From Dehalococcoidia bacterium (GTDB lineage Bacteria; Chloroflexota; Dehalococcoidia; SpSt-223): a stretch of 64,000 nucleotides of DNA. Of the stretch, positions 50,281 through 59,592 are shown piece after piece. The DNA is taken from contig BPIC01000005.1 of assembly GCA_026003895.1 (NCBI GenBank), forward strand, positions 288,941-352,940. Reading direction: 5' to 3'. A program made the translations under genes and the position numbers. How positions within the stretch are numbered: the first letter of the stretch is position 1; each line of letters opens with the position of its first letter. Below the pieces are notes generated by a model. That model made no database searches and was not told the origin of the DNA. It was given only the letters and a program-made list of their open reading frames with translations.

Positions 50281-51897
50281 CTACGCGAGGTAGAGGAGGT
50301 TCCAATCGACCTCGACGTTGTCTCGCATCACGAAGCCATTGACCTCCGCAGCGTGATACCACATCGCGATTTCATGATCGACGAAGACCCACGGCATGTC
50401 GTTCATGAGAATGCGTTGTGCTTCGTGGCACGCATTTCGCCGCACGGTCGGCGTACTCTCCCGCCGAACGGTGCTGGCAAGCTCATCGAACTTCTCATTC
50501 CGGTAAAACGCTGCGTTTAACCCCTGCGGCGGGAAGTTGATGGAGTTGAACAAGCTGTTCAAGTAATTGTCTGGATCGAAGGTAACGGACGAGATCCCGC
50601 GTGCACTCATCTGGAAGTCGCCAGCGTTCCAGCGCTGCACATACGCCGCAAACTCTTGGACGTCGAGCGTGACTCGTATACCGACGGCAGCAAGCTTGCC
50701 TTGAATGAATTCGGCCATCGGCACAGGCTGTTGCATCCCGGTTCCACCTGACGGAATGAGGAAGCGCACGTCGAGCGTGTCAACTCCGGCTTCTCGCAGG
50801 AGCTGGCGAGCGCGGTCGGGCTGGTTATCGTTTGCGGGAAGGTCCCGCGCCACCCACTCCCCAAATGCCGGGGAGAACGGACCTCGCGCGGGCTGGCCGG
50901 TTCCCCGCAGCACGTCCCGGGTGAGCGCCGTCCGGTCAAGCGCGAGGCTGATCGCTTGCCGAACGCGCTGGTCAGTAAAGGGTTGGAAGCGCTGGCTCAG
51001 TTGGATCGCCCAATGCTGCCGACTGACGCGCTGTTGGACACGAAGCCGGCTGTCACCACGAACGATGTCGACCGAGTCTGGGGGCAAATCGACCGTGAAA
51101 TTGATCTGGCCCGTTTGCAACGCAAGCAGGCGCGATTGGGCATCGGGGATGGGGCGAACGATCAACTGATCGGCGTATGCCGTCTGCCCCCAATATTCAG
51201 GGTTCCGTTCAAGCGTCAGTTGCTGTCCTTTTTGCCACGAACTGAATCGGAACGGACCGGTGCCGACGGGCCGGTCGGCAACGCCCTTTCCCAACTCGCG
51301 CAGCGCTTTCGGGCTGATCATGTAACTGGGGTTGGTCGTGAGATAGTTCATCAACGGCGCATAGCGCTGCTTGAGATTGAGGCGAATGGTGTACTCGTCG
51401 ACCACATCCACGCTGGCGATCGGCGTGAGGAACAACCGGTAGAACAGCCAGTTGCCATCCTTGTTGTTTGGATGGTCGGGGTTGATCTGACGGTCGAGGT
51501 TGAACTTGGCAGCCTCGGCGTTGAACGGCGTGCCGTCGTGGAACTTGACGCCACGCCGGAGCGACAACGTCCAGCTCATGCCGTCACTTGCCTGCTCCCA
51601 GCGTTCGGCAAGCGCTGGCAAGATCTCGGTCTTATCCGGCGATTCGCGAACCAGTGGGTCATAGATCGCATATGCGACGCGACGGGTGTAGTTGTCCGAG
51701 ACGGCGTGAGCGTCGAGGGTCAGTGGATCGATCGGGCTCCCGTAGACGATCGCACCACCTCTGCGGGGACCCGCCGTCGTCTGCCCAGTGGAACCGGCTG
51801 GCTGAGCCGCTGGCGCACCACCACATGCCGCGAGAAGGCCGGAACTCGCCGCTGCCGCTGAAGCCGCGAGGAAGGTACGACGCGAAATCGTTTCCAT
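50281..51897 (-). CDS. ABC transporter substrate-binding protein, family 5
   Basis: Signal/Tat-like N-terminus (RRTFLAASAAAASSGLLAACGG) and a DppA-like fold. Confidence 0.85.
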   Translation of the reverse strand: METISRRTFLAASAAAASSGLLAACGGAPAAQPAGSTGQTTAGPRRGGAIVYGSPIDPLTLDAHAVSDNYTRRVAYAIYDPLVRESPDKTEILPALAERWEQASDGMSWTLSLRRGVKFHDGTPFNAEAAKFNLDRQINPDHPNNKDGNWLFYRLFLTPIASVDVVDEYTIRLNLKQRYAPLMNYLTTNPSYMISPKALRELGKGVADRPVGTGPFRFSSWQKGQQLTLERNPEYWGQTAYADQLIVRPIPDAQSRLLALQTGQINFTVDLPPDSVDIVRGDSRLRVQQRVSRQHWAIQLSQRFQPFTDQRVRQAISLALDRTALTRDVLRGTGQPARGPFSPAFGEWVARDLPANDNQPDRARQLLREAGVDTLDVRFLIPSGGTGMQQPVPMAEFIQGKLAAVGIRVTLDVQEFAAYVQRWNAGDFQMSARGISSVTFDPDNYLNSLFNSINFPPQGLNAAFYRNEKFDELASTVRRESTPTVRRNACHEAQRILMNDMPWVFVDHEIAMWYHAAEVNGFVMRDNVEVDWNLLYLA

Positions 51898-51995
51898 CCC
51901 TCACTCCCGATCAACGTTGAGTGTGGCAGATGGTGCACCACTCCCGGTGGTTTGTCAAATATGCGGAATTTCCGAGCCGACGATCTGCCGAGGGG

Positions 51996-53073
51996 TTAGG
52001 GTGCCCTCAAGGGGGCTCGGATGGGAGCGAGCCCCGTCGACTGCCCGCGGTGCACGGCGTCAATCACCTCTTGGCAGCGGAGCGCGTCGAGGAGATTGGG
52101 GTGCTCTGGGGTGCCCGTCTCGATGGCGTTGATTAACTTGTGTACAAGCAGCCCGAAGCGTGGGACGGCCGAACGGGCCGCCATTTCCGGGAACACCGGG
52201 TCCGGGATGTCAATTGGCTGGAGGTCCCGGTCGTGTGGCCCGGCGACACGTATCTTGAGGTCATTATCCACAACGATCGAACCAGCGCTCCCGTAAATTT
52301 CGAGTTGGAACCCGGTCCCGGCGCGGTTCCCAAACCCGAGCTGTATGGTGACGATTGCACCGTTCTCAAGCGTGCCGAGCACCGCAAACCCGTCGTCGGC
52401 CGTTGCCTTGGTGAGTTGACCCTGCTCGTCAAGAACATCTGGGTTCCACGTGCGCAATTGGCCGGTGGCCGTCGCCCACTCACCGAACCAATATCGGACG
52501 AGGTCGATGTAGTGACTCCCCATCGCGCCGAGATACCCTCCACCGAGCTCGGCGTCGTTCAGCCACGTTCGGGGACGCGGCGGCATTCCCGCCGGCCAGC
52601 CCGCCCACTGCTCGATCGAGATGTGCCGCACCTCGCCGACAAATCCCTCGTCAACAAGGCGCTTGATGTGCATCGTGTGGGGAAAGAAGCGCATCGTGAA
52701 GGCCGAGATGTGGGCGACCCGGTTTCGTTCCGCAGCGTCAAGCATTTCCTGGGCTTGGCTCGCGTTCACCCGCCGCCGGCTTTTCGCAGAGGACGTGTTT
52801 GCCGGCCTCGGCGGCCGCCACGGTCATCGGATGGTGCAAATAGACTGGCGCCCCAATGTACACAATGTCGAGCTCGGGCAGCGCGATCATCTCACGGTAG
52901 TCGTCGAACGCAAGCGGTGCACCAAACTGCTCGGCTGTAGACTTCGCGCGCTCAAGCCTGGCGCTGCACACGGCGTACAGCTCGACATCAGGATAGCTGG
53001 CGAACGTGGGGAGCGGACTCTTCGCCGCCCAAGCGGTGCCGATCGCCCCAACCTTGTAGCGCTTGCTGGCCAT
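51996..53073 (-). pseudogene. Gfo/Idh/MocA family oxidoreductase interrupted by a frameshift
   Basis: The N-terminal Rossmann part (52738-53073: KVGAIGTAWAAK...HVLCEKP) and the C-terminal part (51996-52769: NASQAQEMLDAAERNRVAH...) overlap in different frames around 52740-52770. Either a real frameshift or a sequencing indel. Confidence 0.6.
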
Positions 53074-53141
53074 CGCTCCTCCTCATGAAACAACGCCGGG
53101 AGAAGACTCCTCCCGGCGTCGAAGATAGGTCCTTGGGGTCG

Positions 53142-54098
53142 TCAGGACGATGCCGCGGCAGCCGGAACCGATGCGTCCTTGCGAGCGGGCTTTCGAGCGA
53201 CAACGAGCATATTCGCCCCGGCGCGCACGGGTCGGTGCACGTCTTCGAGACCCAGCTCAACGAGGTACTGTTCCAGTCTCAGGTCGAGATACTGCAGCAT
53301 GAATGGCTCAGAGCCCCGTTTCGCGATCTCCTCGCGGCGGGCGAGATCTCCCGGGGTCTCGGCTGGTGGCCAGTCAAACCACGTAATCAGGTGACCCGGC
53401 TTTGAGAGACGAATCATCTCCTTGACAACGGCCCGGCTGTGATACGTCGGCATCTCATGCAGACAGTAGCTCTCGTTGACGACGTCAAAGGACTCATCGG
53501 GATAGAACGAGCAGTCTCCTGCATCCATGTGATAGAAGCGGATGTTCTTGACGCCGCGCTCCTCGGCCAACTTCCGGGCGTAGCGAAGGTTCGAGGGAGA
53601 GAGGTCAATTCCGATAACTTCGCACTCGGGCCAGAGTTCGGCCATGACGAAAGTGGTCGCGCCGATGCCACAGGCGAGGTCGATCGCTCGTTCCGGCTTG
53701 ATGTCGCCGTAGACCTTCTGCAGCCAGAATTTGATCGTCTCTGGCTTCGTGAAGTAGAACGTCGTCCGCTTCTGGAACTCACCGTGATACGGCCCAAACG
53801 CCGGATCCAAGCCACCCGGTTTCGGGAACGTGTGAACCGGCTTCATGAAAAAGTACGCCGGGTATTTCGCCGGTTGGGTGGCGCCGGGCGGCATCAGGTC
53901 CGTTGCGTCGAACGGCCCATCCATTTGTTCGAGCATACGGAACTTGATCTTCTGCTTCACCTTGTGGAGGGCAGGCAGATACTTCGAGATCCACAGCTCG
54001 AGGGTCATCGGCGGACCGGCGTACTGCGGGGTCCCGGGTGGCGCCGACCCTATGACCGCGGTCTTTTCTTGCAGAGTTGGCTTGGCCGTTGTCGTCAT
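53142..54098 (-). CDS. class I SAM-dependent methyltransferase with N-terminal extension (MT-C, paralogue of MT-A)
   Basis: LACGIGATTFVMAELWPECEVIGIDLSP, and FDVVNESYCLHEM. Start placed at MTTTAKPT. Confidence 0.8.
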   Translation of the reverse strand: MTTTAKPTLQEKTAVIGSAPPGTPQYAGPPMTLELWISKYLPALHKVKQKIKFRMLEQMDGPFDATDLMPPGATQPAKYPAYFFMKPVHTFPKPGGLDPAFGPYHGEFQKRTTFYFTKPETIKFWLQKVYGDIKPERAIDLACGIGATTFVMAELWPECEVIGIDLSPSNLRYARKLAEERGVKNIRFYHMDAGDCSFYPDESFDVVNESYCLHEMPTYHSRAVVKEMIRLSKPGHLITWFDWPPAETPGDLARREEIAKRGSEPFMLQYLDLRLEQYLVELGLEDVHRPVRAGANMLVVARKPARKDASVPAAAASS

Positions 54099-54203
54099 GG
54101 TGCTGACCTCCCACGAGTTCGTGAACATTGTACGACTTGTTGAAATGAAAGGGAAGGCCCACGCCAGAATCGGCGCGGGCCATCAGACCGGGACGACCGT
54201 CCG

Positions 54204-55826
54204 CTACTTGATCTTGTAGGCGCTATCGAAGTTGTAGATGACGAAGTTGACCGGCTTCCAGCCCTTCACCTTCGGGGACGTCACGTGGAAGGTCGGTTGG
54301 ATGAGCAGATAGAGCATCGGCACATCCTCCTTCCAAATGCGGTTCGCTTGGAGGAAGAGCTGGCGGCGCTTCGCCGGGTCGGGTTCTGTCACCGCCTGCG
54401 CCATCACCCTGTCCCATTCTGGGTTGCAGTACCACTGCCCGGTGGGAATCGGCTTGCCGCACCCCCAGAAGGACCGAATGCCGCTCGCGAACCCGGTGCT
54501 GTCGGTGTTGCCCTGCGCCCACATGTCAGGGATGAGGCCGCCCTGACCCCGGACCTTTGCAAGAATGACGGACCATTCCTGCGAATGGATGTCAAACTCG
54601 ACGCCGACTTCCTTCAGGTAACCCTGAATTGCGAGCAATGGCTCGACCGGTGACTGGGCTGGTGCGTTGTCGATCCCATACGGCAGCTTGAATCCGTTGG
54701 GATAGCCCGCCTCCGCCAAGAGGCGCTTCGCGGTGGCTGGGTCGTATGGGATGACCGTGTTCGAAGGATCCCAATATGGACTGGACGGGATGGAATACTG
54801 CTGGGGCGATGGCTTTGCGTAACCCTTGAACAGGTTATCGGCCATCGCCTGCTTGTTCACGGCGTAGTTGAGCGCGAGTCGGACGCGCTTATCCTTCAAT
54901 GGGGTATCGCGCTGTTCGTAGGCGACTTGCGGGAACGTAATCGACCAGTTCGTCGACTCGTCCGCGATGATCGTCATATCCATGCGCTTGAGCTGATCGA
55001 TCTGCTCTGCGGTGAAACTCGTAAAGGTCACAATGTCGAAGTCGCCGCTTCGCAGGCCGTTGATCTTCTGAGAGTTTTCGATCAGCGCCTTGTAGTACAA
55101 CTCGTCCGCGACTGGCGTCCGAAACGCGTGCTTCACCGGCCGCTTCTTATAGCGGATCATGTCGCTCGGCACGAATTCAACGAGTTCGTAGGGACCGCTT
55201 CCCATTGGCTTTTGGACAAACCCGTCGAATCCCACGCGCTCGTAGTAGTGCTTTGGCAGGACGTAGGCATAGGAGGTTCCGGCAGCGACACTGGCGTCTG
55301 GCACCGAGAGTTCGACCTCGACCGTCGTCGGGTTGATCGCGGTTGCCTTGACGACCGAGTTGAACAACGAGACCTTGGCTGGCCACCGTTGCTCGACGTA
55401 CAGGTTGAGGGTGAACGCGACATCGTCGGCGGTCAGCTTTGCGCCATCGGGCCAGTTCATGTCGTCGCGGACCGTGAACGTCCACTTCTTGCCGTCAGGT
55501 GATAGGTCCCATTTGGTGACCACCGCCGGCTTGACTTCGAAATTGTCGCCGAACATGACCAGCGAGTCATACATCGGCGAGTAGTACCAATAGCCGGAAC
55601 TGCCAGCGGCGGGCGTCAGGTTCGCGACGAGGCTGCCAAGGACGATGTTCAGCTTTTGTTCTTCTGCTCGCTGCTCACCGGCGGGTGTTGTGCCAGTAGT
55701 CGAGCCGGTCGTCGCTGGCGCCGGAGTGCACGCCGAAAGCACAAGAACCGCGAGGATGCTGAGGCGCGTGAAGAACGATCGCAACGGACCCCCCAATGTG
55801 ACGCATGGTCTGCCGTGCAGTCTCAT
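54204..55826 (-). CDS. ABC transporter substrate-binding lipoprotein, family 5 (SBP-C, paralogue of SBP-A)
   Basis: Lipobox LSAC after the signal peptide. Blocks shared with SBP-A: KPMGSGPYELVEF, AINPTT, WTFT. Confidence 0.85.
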   Translation of the reverse strand: MRLHGRPCVTLGGPLRSFFTRLSILAVLVLSACTPAPATTGSTTGTTPAGEQRAEEQKLNIVLGSLVANLTPAAGSSGYWYYSPMYDSLVMFGDNFEVKPAVVTKWDLSPDGKKWTFTVRDDMNWPDGAKLTADDVAFTLNLYVEQRWPAKVSLFNSVVKATAINPTTVEVELSVPDASVAAGTSYAYVLPKHYYERVGFDGFVQKPMGSGPYELVEFVPSDMIRYKKRPVKHAFRTPVADELYYKALIENSQKINGLRSGDFDIVTFTSFTAEQIDQLKRMDMTIIADESTNWSITFPQVAYEQRDTPLKDKRVRLALNYAVNKQAMADNLFKGYAKPSPQQYSIPSSPYWDPSNTVIPYDPATAKRLLAEAGYPNGFKLPYGIDNAPAQSPVEPLLAIQGYLKEVGVEFDIHSQEWSVILAKVRGQGGLIPDMWAQGNTDSTGFASGIRSFWGCGKPIPTGQWYCNPEWDRVMAQAVTEPDPAKRRQLFLQANRIWKEDVPMLYLLIQPTFHVTSPKVKGWKPVNFVIYNFDSAYKIK

Positions 55827-55932
55827 CGACCCCTTCGATGAATCGGCAGTCTATCTATCCGGGATGGGGACGTCAAGATTTAACGCGGCGCACTGTATAC
55901 TCATACGCAGGACAAGCATCCGGAGGTGTCCG

Positions 55933-56301
55933 ATGGCCGTTGCCGTCCCTGCCGTCCGTGTCCATGATCAGCCGTCCACGCTCCGCGAGGGCGAGCGCGT
56001 TCGCCTCTTGATGGTGGTCTTCCCCGAGGCAGCCGAAGAGGATGTGCGGGCGCTGCTCGACCAAGCCGGCGCACCCGGCTGGACCGAGGTTCGCAAGCTC
56101 GTTGGCCGCGGCGAGTCCGGTCTGCGGCTCGGCGACCGGATCTGGCCGGGCTACAATTCCGCCTTCCTGTGCGCAGTCCCGGCCGATGTCGCTGACCAAA
56201 TTGTCGCCGCACTGCGCGACTACCTCGCGGCTCATAGCTCGCCGCGTGGTTCGGCGTTCGCAATGCGACTCTTCTCGCTTCCCTGCGAAGTGCTGATTTG
56301 A
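55933..56301 (+). CDS. hypothetical protein (small alpha/beta protein, possibly PII/CutA-like fold)
   Basis: ATG with GGAGGTG RBS. 122 aa. No confident family assignment. Confidence 0.4.
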   Translation: MAVAVPAVRVHDQPSTLREGERVRLLMVVFPEAAEEDVRALLDQAGAPGWTEVRKLVGRGESGLRLGDRIWPGYNSAFLCAVPADVADQIVAALRDYLAAHSSPRGSAFAMRLFSLPCEVLI

Positions 56302-56358
56302 AGCACCATACAGAAATTGCGAAATCCCGCCGCTAGACGGTGATCGGCTCCCGCGGGC

Positions 56359-57306
56359 TCATTCGGCGAACTCTTGGACGACGACCAGCCCGCCAGCGGC
56401 AGTCGCAACGCCGATACCAGCGCGTTTGTAAATCGGCGAAAGCAGATTGGCCCGGTGTGACGGGCTCGCCATCAGCACGTCGTGGGCGCTGCGAGCGGTG
56501 GGCGCAAAGGCGAGGTTCTCGCCGGTCGCCACAAAGCGGATGCCGGCCCGCTGCAGGCGCTCCGCGGGGGTCGAGCCATCGGGGCCAGTGTGCGACAGGG
56601 CGCCGGTCGCATAGAGAGTCTGGGCGTAGGCGCGGGCCACGTCGCGAAGTCGAGAGTCGATGCTGACCGGAGCGAGTCCGTTTTTCTGCCGCTCGGTGTT
56701 CAGCAGCGCGAGAAGTTCATCCTCAGCCCGCGTGTCGATGGTGCTGCGGGCCGCGGTCGGGATCGGGAGCCTGCTGTCGGTTGAGCCCACCGGCACGGGA
56801 AGGCCCATCCGGCCAACCAGCCCGGCCGCGTAGGGCTCGATCTGCTTGATCCACGGGAGCACGAGCTTGCCAGACTGCGACGCTTCGATCGCCGCCCGCG
56901 CCGGCGGAAAGATCGGCCAAATGCCGAGCGCAATCAGCACCAGCGAAACGAGCAGCAACCCTTTCAGCGCGCCGGGGACGATACCCGCTGCGATGTCGAT
57001 CCCCCGCAAGAAAAACGTTGGGGTTACGATCCGGCGGGCGATGTATACCCAACGGATGATGATGAGCCCGTAAACGAGCTGAAAGAAGATAACGAGCCCA
57101 AGGAAGGTGAACGCATTGACCGCCCACGACGCCATGCCGAGCGGGTCACCCACCCAGCCGGCGAGGGGCTCGAACAGGACTGCCGCAAGCCAGATGGAGA
57201 TGGCGAGGCCGACAAGGTCGCACAGCCCGAGAATGAAGCCCCGCCGCAGACCGGTCAGCGCTCCAAGCGAGAGGGGCACCAGCAACTGGAGGTCGACAGG
57301 GGTCAC
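56359..57306 (-). CDS. CvpA-family membrane protein fused to a C-terminal CAP (SCP/PR-1-like) domain
   Basis: N-terminal 4-TM CvpA-like segment. C-terminal ELLALLNTERQKNGL...HTGPDGSTPAERL...GENLAF, typical of CAP/YkwD domains. Confidence 0.65.
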   Translation of the reverse strand: MTPVDLQLLVPLSLGALTGLRRGFILGLCDLVGLAISIWLAAVLFEPLAGWVGDPLGMASWAVNAFTFLGLVIFFQLVYGLIIIRWVYIARRIVTPTFFLRGIDIAAGIVPGALKGLLLVSLVLIALGIWPIFPPARAAIEASQSGKLVLPWIKQIEPYAAGLVGRMGLPVPVGSTDSRLPIPTAARSTIDTRAEDELLALLNTERQKNGLAPVSIDSRLRDVARAYAQTLYATGALSHTGPDGSTPAERLQRAGIRFVATGENLAFAPTARSAHDVLMASPSHRANLLSPIYKRAGIGVATAAGGLVVVQEFAE

Positions 57307-59525
57307 AGGTCGAGGATCTTCTCGAGGCGGGCCATGCTCTGCAAGAGCTTTTTGACGCCTGACTTCGGGTTCTTGAAGGCGACGGTCACCTCGAAATCAC
57401 CGCGCGTGGGCGACACCTGCACCACGGTTCCCTCGCCGAGCAGCGCTTGGCGAACGCGGTCGCCAGGTCCAAACGGCAGTCGGGCCGAGCCGCTCGCCGC
57501 CGAAGCTGGCGCCGGCCGAGGAAAAGTCCGCACCGTCGGCAAGCTAAAGCTTGACTGCCGGACGACAATCTCCTCCCGTTCACGGACCTCGGGCGGGATA
57601 TCGTCCAAGAACCGCGACGGCCGGAGTGGCTCGTTCCGGCCCCACTGCGTTCGCCGGTAGGCTCGGAACAGGTACAGGCGCTCTTGGGCGCGAGTCACCC
57701 CGACGTAAAGCAAGCGGCGTTCCTCTTCAAGTTCGTCGATGCTCTCATCTTCCGCCGCGATCGCCCGGGCATGCGGCAGGATGCCCTCCTCCAGTCCGAC
57801 GATGAACACCACGGGAAATTCCAATCCCTTGGCGGCGTGGAGCGTGATCAGCGTGACCGCGTCAGCGGACGTGTCGGCTTGGTCGATGTCGGTGAAGAGA
57901 GCGACTTCTTCAAGGAACCGGGTCAATGCTTCGCGGGGCGAATAATGGGCGAACTCCACCGAAGCGGTAATCAACTGTTGAATGTTCTCCAGCCGCTCCG
58001 CACCCTCAATGGTTTCAGGCTGTAGGTAATCGCGATAGCCGGTGCGCTGGACGATGTCGTCGATGAGTTCCGGCAAGGGACGCACGTCACTCCGAGCTCG
58101 CAGCTCGTTGATCAGGTCGACGAAGGAGCCGAGCGCTCCGCGTGCCCGGCCAGCGAGATCATGCTGGCCACGGGCGATCTCCCCGAGCGTCGTCCAGAGA
58201 GGCTGTCCGGTGGCGCGCGAGAGTCGGACGAGCTCGTCGATCGTTTTTTGACCGATACTGCGCGGAGGCACGTTGATGACGCGCGTCAGCGAAACCGCAT
58301 CGAGCGGGCTTTGGACGAGACGCAGGTAGGCGAGGATGTCCTTCACCTCTTTTCGCTCGTAGAACCGAGTTCCACCAACCAGCCGATACGGGATGCCGTA
58401 GGTGATGAAGCGCTGCTCAATCGGCCGCGACTGGCCATTGGTCCGATACATCACCGCAAAATCGCGATACTGTCGCTTTTCGGCGCGAATGAGCCGATCG
58501 ATCTCTTTTGCGACTTCGGTCGCTTCGTCGTGTTCGTTCGCAAGCTCGCGGACGACGATCTTTGTTCCTGCGCCTCTGTCGGTAACCAATTCTCTGTGCT
58601 TCCGGCGCGTGTTCGCCGCGATGATTCCAGAAGCGGCGTCAAGGATATGCTGCGTCGAACGATAGTTTTTCGTCAGAAAGACGAGCTTGGCATCGGCAAA
58701 GTCGCGCTCAAAGTTCAGGATGTTGCGAATGTCTGCCGATCGAAATCGATAGATGGATTGATCAGGATCCCCAACAACAGCGAGGTTCCGATGCTTCGCC
58801 GAAAGGAGTTTCACAAGCTCGTATTGGGCAACGTTGGTATCCTGGAACTCATCAACCAGCACATGGAGGTAGCGGTCCTGATATTTTTCAGCGACCGGAG
58901 GGATCTGCGCCATCAACCGGACCGTCTGTGCGATCAAGTCATCAAAGTCGAGGCCATTACTCTCGCGCAGCCGTTCCTGATACAAACCGTACGCCCGCTG
59001 GACGATCTCCTCGAAGTAGCTGCTCGCTCCCCGTATTTCCTCGCTATCGGGGAAGATCAACTCTGCCTTCAGTTTGCCGATGGCGCTTAGCACCGCACGT
59101 GGGTTGACCCGCCCTTCATCGAGCCGAAGGTCACCGAGGACGCCTTTCATTACCCGGATCTGGTCATCGTCGTCGAAGATGTGAAAGTGCGGATCGATTC
59201 CGATAGCTCCGCCGTCGATGCGGAGAATGCGGGCGCAAATGGCGTGGAACGTCCCCGCCGTTAGCTGGTCGACGCTCGACCCAACCAATCGCTCAATCCG
59301 GTCGCGCAGTTCGCGGGCCGCCTTGTTCGTGAACGTGACCGCCATGATGCGGCGGGGGGAGACACCGACCGTCCTCACCAAATAGGCGACTCGGTGGCTG
59401 ATGACCCTCGTCTTTCCGCTGCCCGGCCCGGCCAAAATCAACAGCGGGCCGTTGATCGCCGTTACGGCATCGCGCTGGGCATCATTGAGGCCGCGGAGGA
59501 TGGGGTCGTCACTGATGGCGGTCAT
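57303..59525 (-). CDS. pcrA: ATP-dependent DNA helicase PcrA/UvrD
   Basis: ILAGPGSGKTRV Walker A, VDEFQDTN, the helicase motifs and a C-terminal Tudor-like tail. ATG at 59525 has a GGGGAG RBS. The ORF extends to 59672. Confidence 0.9.
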   Translation of the reverse strand: MTAISDDPILRGLNDAQRDAVTAINGPLLILAGPGSGKTRVISHRVAYLVRTVGVSPRRIMAVTFTNKAARELRDRIERLVGSSVDQLTAGTFHAICARILRIDGGAIGIDPHFHIFDDDDQIRVMKGVLGDLRLDEGRVNPRAVLSAIGKLKAELIFPDSEEIRGASSYFEEIVQRAYGLYQERLRESNGLDFDDLIAQTVRLMAQIPPVAEKYQDRYLHVLVDEFQDTNVAQYELVKLLSAKHRNLAVVGDPDQSIYRFRSADIRNILNFERDFADAKLVFLTKNYRSTQHILDAASGIIAANTRRKHRELVTDRGAGTKIVVRELANEHDEATEVAKEIDRLIRAEKRQYRDFAVMYRTNGQSRPIEQRFITYGIPYRLVGGTRFYERKEVKDILAYLRLVQSPLDAVSLTRVINVPPRSIGQKTIDELVRLSRATGQPLWTTLGEIARGQHDLAGRARGALGSFVDLINELRARSDVRPLPELIDDIVQRTGYRDYLQPETIEGAERLENIQQLITASVEFAHYSPREALTRFLEEVALFTDIDQADTSADAVTLITLHAAKGLEFPVVFIVGLEEGILPHARAIAAEDESIDELEEERRLLYVGVTRAQERLYLFRAYRRTQWGRNEPLRPSRFLDDIPPEVREREEIVVRQSSFSLPTVRTFPRPAPASAASGSARLPFGPGDRVRQALLGEGTVVQVSPTRGDFEVTVAFKNPKSGVKKLLQSMARLEKILDL

Positions 59526-59592
59526 GGGGCGCTCCCCGGAGATCTGTCCGGTGTCGGTCATGCCTGAACTGTAGTTCTTCTCGTCGTCTCGG

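Noticed and set aside
58161-59090. 309-aa plus-strand ORF antisense to pcrA
   Set aside because: Antisense artefact within a helicase gene with all conserved motifs.
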